Assembly: GCA_963807945.1 (NCBI GenBank)
Contig: CAWEDT010000010.1
Span: 176,799 to 240,798, forward strand
Length of the DNA stretch: 64,000 bases
Direction: 5' to 3'
From: an uncultured Actinomycetes bacterium
Lineage (GTDB): Bacteria > Actinomycetota > Acidimicrobiia > IMCC26256 > PALSA-610
Shown: positions 1 to 9,345 of the stretch, piece by piece
Numbering within the stretch: position 1 is the stretch's first letter
How the letters are laid out: each line of letters opens with the position of its first letter
Made by a program: the position numbers and the translations under genes
Notes under the pieces: model-generated
The model's input: only the letters and a program-made list of their open reading frames with translations
The model's database searches: none
Told to the model about the DNA's origin: nothing

Positions 1-1102
1 CGGTCCCGTTGCGACCGGGGTCGATCGCGAACGCCATCCCGATCACGTTGCCCGCCGCGTATCCACGAGCGCGCCGCCCGAATCGCCGGGCGCGAGCTTC
101 GAGGCGAGCACGTACACGTGCCGCCGGCTCGAACCGGTGCGGTAGATGTCGGTGCCGACCGCGAGGATCTCGTCGCCGACGCGCGCCGGTGCGGCTTGCA
201 ACGGACCGCCGCCGGGATGGCCGTACACCGCGCCGACGTCTCCGACCGGCCCGTCGACCATCCGGGAGCGGCCGGCGCGTCCAGCGACGGAACCTCGAGC
301 ACCGCGACGTCGCGGACCGGATCGAAGGCCATCACCTTCGCCGGATGAATGGTTCGCCCGACGCGTCCTGCACGTTGGTTGCGCTTCTCCCCGGCGACGA
401 CGTGCGCGTTGGTGACGACGAGACCGGGCGCCGCGATCCAGCCGCTCCCCTCCTGCGTGTCGTTGTCGCACACGAGCCCGCTCACTTTCACCGTCGACGC
501 CCGCACGCGGCGATTGACGGCAGGCGTGATCGACGTCGCCGGGTGGCGGACCCGGATTCGGCGGCGATTGCAACGTGCCGAGTGCCGAGGGAACGGCAGC
601 GTCGGAGATCGCGCGGCCCCACGCCGCGAACTGCGACGGTTGCTGCGGCGCCCAGCGCTGGATCGCGGCGACCACCGCCGAGCTCCGCGCCATGCCGAGC
701 GGGCCAGCCCTTCGTCGGTCGCGAACGACGGGATGACCATCCAGAGCAGGACGAGCACGCCCAGCGCGCCGACCGCGGCGCCGGCCAGGCCCGGTCCCAC
801 GTCGGCAGCGGCCGGCGCATGGGTCGTGATGCGGTGTACCAGCGAACCGAGGACGAGGCCGATCGTCTGGCCGAACGTCGCCACGACCAGGAGAGGAACA
901 ACACCGCCACCGTGGCCCGGTTCTCCGGCGCGGGTGCCGCCGAACGCGGTGACGATGCGCGGGCACGAAGTGGGCACGCCGATCACCAGCCCGATGACGA
1001 TGCCGACCCACGCGAGCAGGCGCGCCGATGAACCCGAGTCGCCAGCCGCCGACCGCCGGCGCCGGATGCGAGCGCGATGACAACGATGTCGAGCGCGTTC
1101 AC
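1..1102 (-). CDS. MarP/CvpA-type membrane-anchored trypsin-like serine protease (3' end runs off the window start; frame-disrupted)
   Basis: Own minus-strand translation. GTG at 1102 gives VNALDIVVIALA.., a CvpA-like TM N-terminus. Further on: STVKVSGLVCDNDTQEGSGWIAAPGLVVTNAHVV (His), VMAFDPVRDVAVLEV (Asp) and LAPGDSGGALVD..GNVIGMAFAIDP (Ser). The motifs lie in different frames (ORFs 43..1083, 983..1456 and an unlisted frame). Confidence 0.7.
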
Positions 1103-1118
1103 CGCAGGCTCGCGCCGC

Positions 1119-1907
1119 TCAGGTGTCCGCCGCCAACAGGCGGCCGTGGGTGAGGAAACCCGTGTGCGCCACCATGCGGTGATCGGGACGGATCGACTGC
1201 CCTCGACGTGCCAGCTGCGTTGCAGCACTTCGAGCGATTCGACCATTCCGAACGGCGACGTCGGCGAGCTCTTCGCGCAGGCGTCCGACCTGGAGGATCG
1301 TCGGCAGGTACGCAAGCAGGATGCCGCCGGGGCGCAACGACGGTCGATCGCGTGCTTCACGACGCGCCACGGTTCGGGAAGGTCGAGCATGATCCGATCG
1401 AGGCCGCGCTCGTCGATGCCTTCGTAGACATCGCGAACTTCTACGTCGAGCGGCACGTCGTTCGCCGAGGAACCCGTGCACGTTCGTTGATCGCGCGCTG
1501 CGCGAAGTCGTCGCGGATCTCGTAGCCGGTGATGTGACCGGTCGGGCCGATCGCGCGGAGCAGCGCGGTGGTGAGCGCGCCGGAGCCGACGCCCGACTCG
1601 AGCACGCGTGCGCCCGGGAACATGTCGGCGAGCACGAGGATCGGGCCGATGTCCTTCGGGTAGATGACCTGCGCGCCGCGCGGCATCTCGAGCACGTACT
1701 CCGCGAGCGTCGGCCGCACCGCGACCAGGCGCGGCACCGCGTGACGTATCACGGTCGTGCCGTCGGAGTGGTCGATCAGATCGTCGTGGGCGACGATGCC
1801 GGCGTGGGTGTGGAACTGCCCGCCGACCTCGAGCGTCACGAGGTGGCGCCGCTCCTTGTTGTCGACGAGCAGGACCTGGTCGCCCGGCCGCGAACAGGCC
1901 CGGTCAC
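1119..1907 (-). CDS. trmI: tRNA (adenine58-N1)-methyltransferase TrmI (frame-disrupted)
   Basis: ORFs 1441..1839, 983..1456 and 1119..1481 together give four motif blocks. They are GDQVLLVDNKERRHLVTLEVGGQFHTHAGIVAHDDLI, PKDIGPILVLADMFPGARVLESGVGSGALTTALLRAIGP (SAM motif), LDLPEPWRVVKHA and RPDHRMVAHTGFLTHGRLL. GTG 1905-1907 overlaps the upstream stop 1904-1906 (GTGA). Confidence 0.85.
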
Positions 1908-2845
1908 GCCTCCACGACCGTCACCGGGATCTGCGCCGACGGATCGCGCGCGACTTCAAGCGGCAGAACGCGCACATCTCGCCGGCGTGGGTGCGCCGCA
2001 CTCGGGGCACGGGCTGAAGGTCTTCGCGCTCTTCCACCGCGTCGGCCGCGAAGCGGTCGTGCCCACGCTCGAGAAAGCTGAAGAGGAACGCGGCCTTGGT
2101 TCCCGGCGACTGTTCCTCGACCCGGTTGAGCATGCTCCTTGTAGCCGAGGTGACGGTTGCCCGCCGCCATCGGGCACTCCTCGACGATGTAGTCGATGCC
2201 GGTCAGCACGCAGTACGCCGCGAGCTCGCGTTCGCCCAGGCGCACGAGCGGCTTCACCTTGCGTACGAATCCCGGCGCGTCGGGAAGCACCGGATGCTGG
2301 CGGCCGAGGTAACCCGATGTCCCAACGCAACACGTTGCCGAGCAGCACGGCCGCTTCGTCGTCGAGGTTGTGACCGGTCGCGAGGATGTCGTAGCCGTTG
2401 CGTGATCGCGGCGTCGTTGAACACGTGGCGCTTCGAGAGCCCGCACGCGGAGCACGGAACGCGGTTCGATCGGCTTTGGCCCCGCCGGGACGTCGAAGCC
2501 GTACGTGTACTGGAGGTCGATCTCGAGCAGCGGCCAGTCGTGCTCCTTCGCGAACGCGCGTGCGTAGTCGCCCGAGCGGTCGGAGTAGCTCGCCGATGCC
2601 GAGACCGACGTAGAGGCCGTCGGCCTGGTACCCGAGCTCGCGCAGGAGCTGCCAGAGCCCGAGCGAGTCCTTGCCGCCCGACACCGCGACGAGGACGCGG
2701 TCGCTCGTGGCATCATGTCGTGATCCTCGATGGCCTTGCCGGACCTGCTCGCGGCAGTGGCGGGTGAAGCAGTCGGCGCAGAACCCCGCGTTGTGGCGGC
2801 GGAACGTCGATGACCGCGGGCTCGCGGCACCGGCGAGCACTTCAC
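1904..2845 (-). CDS. TtuA/Ncs6-type PP-loop ATPase, probable tRNA 2-thiolation enzyme (frame-disrupted)
   Basis: ORFs 1956..2999, 1904..2845 and 1921..2133 were combined. Motifs: VKC..PAVIDVRRHNAGFCADCF; VLVAVSGGKDSLGLWQLL (PP-loop); ILATGHNLDDEAAVLLGNVLRW; VKPLVRLGERELAAYCVLTGIDYIVEECPMAAGN. The C-terminus carries a CPECGAPT..GEMCAFCRLK zinc knuckle. GGAGGA lies 7 nt before GTG 2845. Confidence 0.75.
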   Translation of the reverse strand: MKCSPVPRARGHRRSAATTRGSAPTASPATAASRSGKAIEDHDMMPRATASSSRCRAARTRSGSGSSCASSGTRPTASTSVSASASYSDRSGDYARAFAKEHDWPLLEIDLQYTYGFDVPAGPKPIEPRSVLRVRALEAPRVQRRRDHATATTSSRPVTTSTTKRPCCSATCCVGTSGYLGRQHPVLPDAPGFVRKVKPLVRLGERELAAYCVLTGIDYIVEECPMAAGNRHLGYKEHAQPGRGTVAGNQGRVPLQLSRAWARPLRGRRGGRARRPSARAPSAAHPRRRDVRVLPLEVARDPSAQIPVTVVEA

Positions 2846-2848
2846 GAC

Positions 2849-2894
2849 GCGCTCCTCCGGAGACGACGCTCATTGCGCTCCTCCGGACACGACG
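2849..2894 (-). repeat. 20-nt direct repeat at the carrier/thiolase junction (codes for VSGG in one copy, Shine-Dalgarno in the other)
   Basis: Plus-strand gcgctcctccgga[g/c]acgacg occurs at 2849-2868 and 2875-2894 (19/20 identical). On the minus strand the 2875-2894 copy encodes ..VVSGG of the ThiS-like protein. The 2849-2868 copy supplies GGAGGA (2853-2858) upstream of GTG 2845. Confidence 0.8.
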
Positions 2895-3071
2895 GGGCGG
2901 ATCTCGATCACGTCGTTCTCGTGCAAGTGTTCGTCCTGGGTGGCGAGCGTGTCGTTGCGGATCACGAGCACCGACTTCCGGCGATGACTCGAGATCCACG
3001 AGCAGTTGCGCGACGGTGTCGGCGCCGGCACGTCGAGCTCACGCGCGCGGGTTCCGCAACAGGAGCTTCAT
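2870..3071 (-). CDS. ThiS/MoaD-like ubiquitin-fold sulfur carrier (frame-disrupted)
   Basis: Own translation from ATG 3071: MKLLLRNPRA / RELDVPA / DTVAQLLVDLESSPE / SVLVIRNDTLATQDEHLHENDVIEIRPVVSGGAQ*, stop at 2870-2872. This is a beta-grasp ThiS-type pattern with a C-terminal Gly-Gly. About 3 frame changes occur in 200 nt. Confidence 0.65.
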
Positions 3072-3109
3072 CGTGACGCGTCAGGGTAACCGGCGGCGAC
3101 CTGGGCGAC

Positions 3110-3334
3110 TTACTTCTTGCGCCCCTTCTTGACCGCCGGCGATCGTGACGATCTCGAACTGATCGCCCGGGCATCACCCGCGTCCGGTAAAGACCCGTCG
3201 CCTCGCGGGCCAGATAGCGAACCAGCCGGAAGCCGCCCGCGGCCGCCGCAATGACCATCCAGACGCGTGAGCCGGATCGCGACTGCGGCGCAGCCCGTCG
3301 AACCGACGCGCTGCGTAGGAGTTGATTCGAACAT
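3110..3334 (-). CDS. small hypothetical protein (frame-disrupted, uncertain)
   Basis: ATG at 3332-3334 shares a base with TGA 3334-3336 (TGATG). Fragments MFESTPTQRVG.., ..MVIAAAAGGFRLVRYLAREATGLYRTRV.. and ..FEIVTIA..VKKGRKK end at a rare TAA (3110-3112). No family recognised. Confidence 0.3.
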   Translation of the reverse strand: MFESTPTQRVGSTGCAAVAIRLTRLDGHCGGRGRLPAGSLSGPRGDGSLPDAGDARAISSRSSRSPAVKKGRKK

Positions 3335-3560
3335 CAGAGCGCCGGATCTCGAGCACCGTCTGGCGCCGCTTGCCCTTGCGCCGACCGAGGAAATACGCCG
3401 CCGCGATCGTGAGGACCACGACCCGGCCGCGATCGCGATCGCCGGGATCTTGGCCGCCTCGGCCTGTTGCGCTGACCTCGCCCTGGATCTCGTGCAGCTT
3501 CGACTCGATGTCATCGCGGGTGATCTTGCGGTCGGGGACCACGACGGGTCCGGGGCTCAT
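3334..3560 (-). CDS. small membrane protein, hypothetical (frame-disrupted)
   Basis: ATG 3560 is preceded by AGAGGAG. The reading is MSPGPVVVPDRKITRDDIESKLHEIQGEVSA..QAEAAKIPAIAIAAG..VVVLTIAAAYFLGRRKGKRRQTVLEIRR: a charged N-terminus, one TM helix and a basic tail. Confidence 0.4.
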
Positions 3561-3943
3561 GGCTCATGCTCCTCTTGTTCTTCTCGGACCTGTCTTCGAT
3601 CGCGCCGAAGTTCCACACCAGGCCGGCGATCGCGACCAGGATCACGACGTCGATCACGTACGGCACCCACGACCAGTTCCCGTGAACTGCCCAGCCGCGG
3701 CCGTACTGCTGGAGCACGCGCAGCAGGCCCGATCGCGAGGAAGAACGATGCCCGTACCCATGAGCAGCGCGCCGGCCGAGTCCGAAGCCGACGTAGCGAC
3801 TCGAGACCCTTGAGCGGCTCGGTCGTCTCCTGCTTCGCGTACGCGATGACGAGGTCTTCGGAGCTCGCGTACGTCTTCTGCGGGTTGTCGGCCACTCGTC
3901 TCCAGTTCCGGTTGGCGGGCTCCGAGTCTCGCTCGCCGGGCAT
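3557..3943 (-). CDS. conserved-looking membrane protein, function unknown (frame-disrupted)
   Basis: ORF 3557..3943 gives ADNPQKTYASSEDLVIAYAKQETTEPLKGL. Other frames give YVGFGL, AGALLMGTGIVL and LLRVLQQYGRGWAVHGNWSWVPYVIDVVILVAIAGLVWNFGAIEDRSEKNK (two TM helices). Confidence 0.45.
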   Translation of the reverse strand: MPGERDSEPANRNWRRVADNPQKTYASSEDLVIAYAKQETTEPLKGLESLRRLRTRPARCSWVRASFFLAIGPAARAPAVRPRLGSSRELVVGAVRDRRRDPGRDRRPGVELRRDRRQVREEQEEHEP

Positions 3944-3997
3944 CGGTCGGACGCAACCAGTATGGCCGATGACCGCACCGGCAACCGAGCCGGCTTA

Positions 3998-5404
3998 TCA
4001 CTCAGCGCGATTGCGGTCGGCACGGAGCCGGCGTAGGACGGGTGCGTCGAGATACGCGCCGATTGCGGCACGCGATCTTGATCCTGCAGGCCGTCGCCGC
4101 CGTCGGTCGAGAAGGCGCCATTGGCAATGAACGCGAAGTGAGCGCCCGACCGACTGCTGGTGATCGGGTCGATGAGACCCGAGAGACCGACGACGCCGTC
4201 GATGTGCCCGGTCTTGGCGTCGGAGCCGGCCCGCGAGACGGTGCCGGCGAAGCGGAAGATCAGCGTTCCGGTCGTCCGGCAATCGGGAGTCCGTGATCGA
4301 TGGCGGCGAGTTCGGCTGCGGGCGCTGAGCTCGATCACATCGCGAGCAGGGTCGCGCACGTGACGCGGTCGACGGGTGCGAGGCCGGATCCGTCGTGGAG
4401 ATGCGATGCCGGCGACCGGCACGCCGAGCTGCGCGAGCGCGACCGGGATCGCCTGGTGCCGCGTCTCGTCGTGCCCGGTGCCGCTGCGTTCGAATCCGAT
4501 CTCGCGGGTGAGCAGCTCGGCGGTCTCGTTGTTGCTGTCGGTGAGCATCTCCTCGATGATCGTCGCAAGCGGCGGTGAATCGACGTGCGCGATCTTCGTG
4601 GGCGTCGCTTCGGCGCGGCCGGTTAGGTCGGGCGCCGCCGTCGGCGATCTCGACGCCGCGCGCCCGAGAGCAACGATCGCGAGGTGCTCGCACGGTGTCG
4701 AGCGCAGGGTCGGTCGCTGCCGGGCCCGTCTCGCCGAAACCACCGTTGACGACGAGCGCGCCCAGCGCGCCGACGTCTCCCTTCGCCCACTTCGCCGGCG
4801 TCCATTCGGGATCGTGCGCTCGCCGTCGTAGCGGGAGTCGTCGGCGACGAGGGCGCCGTTGATGCGCGTGATCCCGGCTCGCGACGATCGCGTCGGCGAG
4901 CGCGGAGAGCGGGTGTTCGGCGCGGATCGCGCTCTCGGCGCCGGAGGTGGAAGCACCGGGTCGCCCCCGCCGACGATCGTCAGATCGCCACTCGAGCTGC
5001 CGCCGTGGACCGGGCCGGTCAGCTGACCGCTCGGGTCTCGAAGCGATGTGTGCGGCCCGAGCACCGACGAACGCGGCCGCCGCGACGAGAAGTTTCTGCG
5101 TCGACGCCGCCGCGAGCGGCGTGGTCGGGGTTGATGCGTACGAGCGGAGTCGAAGTGCGTTGTCGACCGCGACGCAACCGTCGAAACGGGCGCGCACGAT
5201 CGCGCCCACCTGCTGCTGCAGCCGGCTCGCGGCCACGGCGTCGATCCGAACAGCGTCGGAACCCGGCGGGGCGACCAGCAAGGCGTCGGGATCGACCGCG
5301 GTGCCGACCGCGGCCGTCGTGGTCGCCGCGGCCGGCTCGGTATCGGCGCGCACGCCGAGTCCGACGCACGCGACACCCGCGACCACTAGGAGCGCCGCGA
5401 GCAC
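3998..5404 (-). CDS. dacB: D-alanyl-D-alanine carboxypeptidase/endopeptidase, PBP4 (DacB) family (frame-disrupted)
   Basis: GTG 5404 opens a signal peptide VLAALLVVAGVACVGLG. Motifs: AASTQKLLVAAAA (SxxK); LTIVGGGDPVL; INGALVADDSRYDGE; HVDSPPLATIIEEMLTDSNNETAELL (SxN); AKTGHIDGVVGLSGLI (KTG). They are split between ORFs 3998..5404 and 3511..5376. Confidence 0.8.
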   Translation of the reverse strand: MLAALLVVAGVACVGLGVRADTEPAAATTTAAVGTAVDPDALLVAPPGSDAVRIDAVAASRLQQQVGAIVRARFDGCVAVDNALRLRSYASTPTTPLAAASTQKLLVAAAAFVGARAAHIASRPERSADRPGPRRQLEWRSDDRRRGRPGASTSGAESAIRAEHPLSALADAIVASRDHAHQRRPRRRRLPLRRRAHDPEWTPAKWAKGDVGALGALVVNGGFGETGPAATDPALDTVRAPRDRCSRARGVEIADGGARPNRPRRSDAHEDRARRFTAACDDHRGDAHRQQQRDRRAAHPRDRIRTQRHRARRDAAPGDPGRARAARRAGRRHRISTTDPASHPSTASRARPCSRCDRAQRPQPNSPPSITDSRLPDDRNADLPLRRHRLAGRLRRQDRAHRRRRRSLGSHRPDHQQSVGRSLRVHCQWRLLDRRRRRPAGSRSRAAIGAYLDAPVLRRLRADRNRAE

Positions 5405-5440
5405 GCGGGCCGCGATCGTCGCGCGCGCGCCGGCCGCGAG

Positions 5441-6939
5441 CTACGCGAGACCGCGGGTCTGGCGGAAGCGGGCGTACGCCATAGGTGTCCCAACGCGGTG
5501 ACCGCGCGGTTCGCGGACGAGTAACAAAGGCGGCCGGTCGCGCGAACGGTCGCCGGCCCGGGGTTGTCGGGCGCCGCGACCGCGAGCTCGGTCGCGGTGA
5601 GGATCGGCTTGCCGGTCGCGTCGGAGATGTCGGCCGCGGCCTGCGCGAAGCGTGCGTCCTGGCGCTCGTGGTAGGCGACGATGCGCTCGAGGCCGTGGTC
5701 GGGATAGAAGCCGCCCTGCGCAACAGCTGCGCCTGGTTCGACTGGATGCCGAGCCCGAGGTAGACGATCGCGTCGATCGCGGGATGCCTCGCGACGAGCT
5801 CGAGCACGATCGGGATCGTGTCGCGGGTCTCGCCGCCCGCGAGGTCGATCGGGTTGTTCCGGCTCCAGCGCGGCGGCAGGTGCTCGTCGATCGCGGCGAG
5901 GAGATCGTCGGGCAGCGTCGCGAGCTCGAGATCGCCGTCGCGCACGATCGCGTCGGCGGTCACGACTCCCCAACCGCCCGCGGTCGTCATGACGGCAGTG
6001 CGCGGACCCTCGGGCAGCGGCTGGGTCGCGAACGTCGCCGCCGCTTCGAACGCTTCCTCGATCGTGGTCGCCCGGGTGACGCCGGCTTGGCGGCACATGC
6101 CGGCGAACACCCGTTCGTCGGACGCGAGCGAGCCGGTGTGGCTGGCGGCCGCGCGTTGCCCGCCGGCGGTCGTTCCGCCCTTGACCAGCACGACCGGCTT
6201 GTTCGCGGTGACCGTCGAGCCAGTCGCTCGTAACAGCGCGCGGCCGTCGGTGACGCCTTCCACGTACGCGAGGCCCACTGCGGTCTCGGCGTCACGTGCG
6301 TACCAGTCGAGATAGTCGGCGATGCCGACCGCGGCCGCGTTGCCGGCGCTCACCGCCCGGCTCACACCGACGCCCGTTTGCGCGGCCCAGTTCTCGAACG
6401 ACGAGACGAAGTTGCCCGACTGGCTCGCGATCGCGATGCGGCCCGGGCGGCGGGATCGGGCGCGACGATCTGCGCGCACAAGCGAGCCGGGAGTGGACAC
6501 CACGCCTTGGCCGTTCGGTCCCGCGAGCAGGATGCCGAGCTCGTCGCACAGCGCGACCAGCTCGCGCTCCGCGCTCGGCCCGTCGTCGCCCGCTTCGCCG
6601 TAACCCGCGCTGGTGAGGAACGCGGCCCGCACGCCCCGCCGTGCGCACGCGCGCAGCAGATCGAGGTTCGCGGCCGCGGGCGTGCACACGAACACGAGGT
6701 CCCACGGACCTTCGGCGCAGATCGTCGATCTCGGCGACGGTGTCGATGCCGAGCACCGGCGTGCCCTCGAGGTTGGTCGCGCCGACCTTGCCCGCGTAAC
6801 CCCCGGCCAGGATGTTGTGCAGCGCGACGAACCCGAACTTCCCCGGATGGCTCGAAGCCCCCGCGACGATCACGCCCCGCGGCTCGAACAACGCGGCCAA
6901 ACCCGGCGACAGATCACCCGAAGCTCGAAGTGGCGTCAC
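5441..6939 (-). CDS. ADP-forming acyl/acetyl-CoA synthetase, CoA-binding plus ligase (alpha-type) subunit (frame-disrupted)
   Basis: GTG 6939 gives VTPLRASGDLSPGLAALFEPRGVIVAGASSHPGKFGFVALHNIL. Further motifs: LTSAGYGEAGDDG; LLAGPNGQGVVST; IAIASQSGNF; KPVVLVKGGTTAGGQRAAASHTGSLAS. The C-terminus is ..AVTALGHLWR/YARFRQTRGLA*, stop 5441-5443. ORFs 6292..6939, 5019..6695 and 5386..6096. Confidence 0.8.
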
Positions 6940-7653
6940 AGAGTCGGTTGTGGAGCTGACTGTGTGTCTACCGGTCTGGAGGACGCCGGTTCGGTCAGTT
7001 CGACCAGCGCGTCGACGGCGACGGGGCGGCCGTCGACGACGATCAGCGGGTTGACGTCGACCGCGCTCGACGTCGGGGCGTTCGGTCGCGAGTCGGGAGA
7101 GGCCGAGGAGCGTCGCGCGCAGCGCGGCCCGATCGACCGCGGGCTCGCCGCGGAACGGGCCGAGCAGCTTCTGGCGTCGCGAGGTCGTCGATCAGCTCGT
7201 CGGCGTCGAGCTCGGTGAGCGGCACGACGCGGAACGCGACGTCGCCGAGCGCTTCCGCGAGCACGCCGCCGATACCCAGCATCACGCACGGCCCGAACTG
7301 CGGGTCGCGCACGAGGCCGGCGATGAGCTCCCGGTTGCCCCGCGACCATCGGCGCGACGAGCAGCTCGACCGCGCCGTCTTCCGGGCGTTGCCGCGGCCG
7401 AGGAGTTGCTCGCCCGCGTCGCGGACCGCGGTCGGCGTCGCGCAGCCCGAGCCGCACCAGGCCGCGTTCGGTCTTGTGCGCGATCGCGTCGCCGCACAAC
7501 TTCACCACGACCGGGTAGCCGATCGCGTCGGCCGCGGCGACCGCGCCGTCGGCGTCGGCCGCGGTGCGCTCGTCGAGCACGGGCACGCCGTAGCCCGCGA
7601 GCAGCTGCCTTGGAAGCCGCTTCGGAGAGGGTCGTCACGCATCGGGCGCTCAT
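6936..7653 (-). CDS. ADP-forming acyl-CoA synthetase, ATP-grasp (beta-type) subunit (frame-disrupted)
   Basis: ATG 7653 gives ..TLSEAASK/QLLAGYGVPVLDERTAADADGAVAAADAIGYPVVVKLCGDAIAHKTERGLVRLGL. Other fragments: RDPQFGPCVMLGIGGVLAEALGDVAFRVVPLTELDADELIDDL and VDVNPLIVVDGRPVAVDALVEL. The stop overlaps GTG 6939 (GTGA). Confidence 0.75.
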
Positions 7654-9241
7654 ACCGACGGAGCTCGCGGCCCTGCCAGTACTCGTCGCGCAGGACGCGC
7701 TTCAGCAGCTTGCCGGAGTCGGTGCGCGGCAGCTCGTCGCGCAGCTCGTACTCGCGCGGCCGCTTGTAGTTCGCGAGGACGCGGCTCGGCGAACGCGCGC
7801 AGCTCGTCGAGGTCGATCGTCTCCCCCGGCTTGGCCTGCACGATCGCGTGCACGCGCTCGCCCCATTCGTCGTCGGGGATGCCGAACACCGCGACGTCGA
7901 GCACCTGCGGGTGGGCGTAGAGCACCGCCTCGATCTCGGCCGGGTAGATGTTCACGCCGCCCGAGATGATCATGTCCTTCTTGCGGTCGCAGATGTAGAC
8001 GTAGCCCTCGTCGTCGAGGTACGCGACGTCGCCGACCGACTTCCACTGTCGACCGTCGGTCGTCGGCCGTGGTCGAGCTCGGTGAGCTGCTCGTCGGTGC
8101 GGTGGTAGCCGTCCATCGCGAGGCCGGTGCGCACGAACAGCTCACCCGGCTCGACCGGTCGCGGCGTCGGTGCCGTCGTCCTTCACGACCTTCATCTGCG
8201 ATGCCGCCGTAGGGCTTGCCGCACGAGCCGGGCTTGCGCAGCTGGTCCTCGGGCTTCAAGCACGGTGTCGACGCCGAGCTCGGTCGAGCCGTACACCTCG
8301 TAGAGGAAGCCGTCGCCGAGCTTGTCGATGATCTCCTTCTTCAACGCGTACGGCACCGGCGCCGCGTTCGCGATCAAGCAGATCATCGACGACATGTCGG
8401 CCTGCGCGAGCGTCGCGTCGGGCAGCGAGACGATCCGCTTGAGCTGCGTCGGCGCGGAGAACGTGTTGGTGACGCGGTGCTCGCTTCACCAGATCGATCC
8501 AACGGGCCGCGTCGAACTTGCGCAGCACGATGATCGGCGCGCCGACGTGTGTGCGACAGCGACGCGAACGCGAGCGGGCCCGAGTGGTACAGCGGACCGG
8601 TGGTGAGGTGCACCGCGTTCTCGTGCAGCAGGTTCAGCTCGCCGAGCAGCGCGAACACGATCGTGGCGGTCGGTGCGTGTGCGCAGCGCGCCCTTCGGCT
8701 TGCCGGTGGTGCCCGACGTGTAGATCATCGCCGCGCCGGCCTCGCTGCCCGGCCTCGACCGTCGGGCTCGGTCATCGGGTTGGCCCGCGATCACGTCGTC
8801 CCAGCGCACGCAGCCTTCGGGCGCGGGGCCGCCGAACACGACCACGGTGCGGACCTTGGGGATCTGGCCGCGGACTTCGGCGACGAGCGGGGCCTCGTCG
8901 GCGTCGACGACCACGGTCGTGGCGTCGGAGTTGTCGATGACGTACGCCATCTCCTCCCCGTTGAAGCGGTACGACAACGGGACCGCGACGAGATTGAGCT
9001 TGCGCGGCCGCGTGAATCGTCGCGAGCACCTCGAGCGAGTTCGGGCCCGCACCACACGAGGCGCTCGCCCGGCTGTGCGCCGCCGGCGAGCAGCCCGTGC
9101 GCGAGCCGGTTCACGAGCGCGTTGAGCTCGGCGAACGTCGTGGTCGACGGCCGGGCGCCCCCGGAGGCGTCGACGACGACCGCGGTGCGGTCGCCGAAGT
9201 TGCTGCGCGTGCTGCGCGATGGCGTCGAGCGGGGCGTTCAT
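7650..9241 (-). CDS. AMP-dependent acyl-CoA synthetase/ligase, FadD-like (frame-disrupted)
   Basis: ATG 9241 gives MNAPLDAIAQHAQQ... Motifs: MIYTSGTTGKPKGAL (AMP motif); TTGPLYHSGPL; YEVYGSTELG; IISGGVNIYPAEIEAVLYAHPQVLDVAVFGIPDDEWGERVHAIV; ANYKRPREYELRDELPRTDSGKLLKRVLRDEYW. TGA 7650-7652 overlaps ATG 7651-7653 of the next gene. Confidence 0.85.
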
Positions 9242-9345
9242 GCGGAAGTCCCTTCGCCTGACCAGTGCGCGGCGCTGTAGCCAGCGGCTCGCCTCCGCGA
9301 ACGGTGCACGGATCCGCGTAGCCAGGCGGACGCTACGCTCGCCCG

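Noticed and set aside
3554-3567. Tandem duplication ggctcat-ggctcat (ATGAGCC-ATGAGCC on the minus strand) as a programmed frameshift or slippery site.
   Set aside because: It lies at a gene junction, not inside a conserved ORF. The second ATG (3560) sits 8 nt from an AGAGGAG Shine-Dalgarno and is simply the start of the next gene. A 7-nt stutter is as easily an assembly artefact.
9277-9329. GTAGCCAG(C/G)CGG repeated 41 nt apart in the fadD/GH84 divergent spacer, as a possible operator.
   Set aside because: Only an 8-mer core is shared, in very GC-rich sequence, and it is not palindromic. This is too weak to separate from chance without comparative data.
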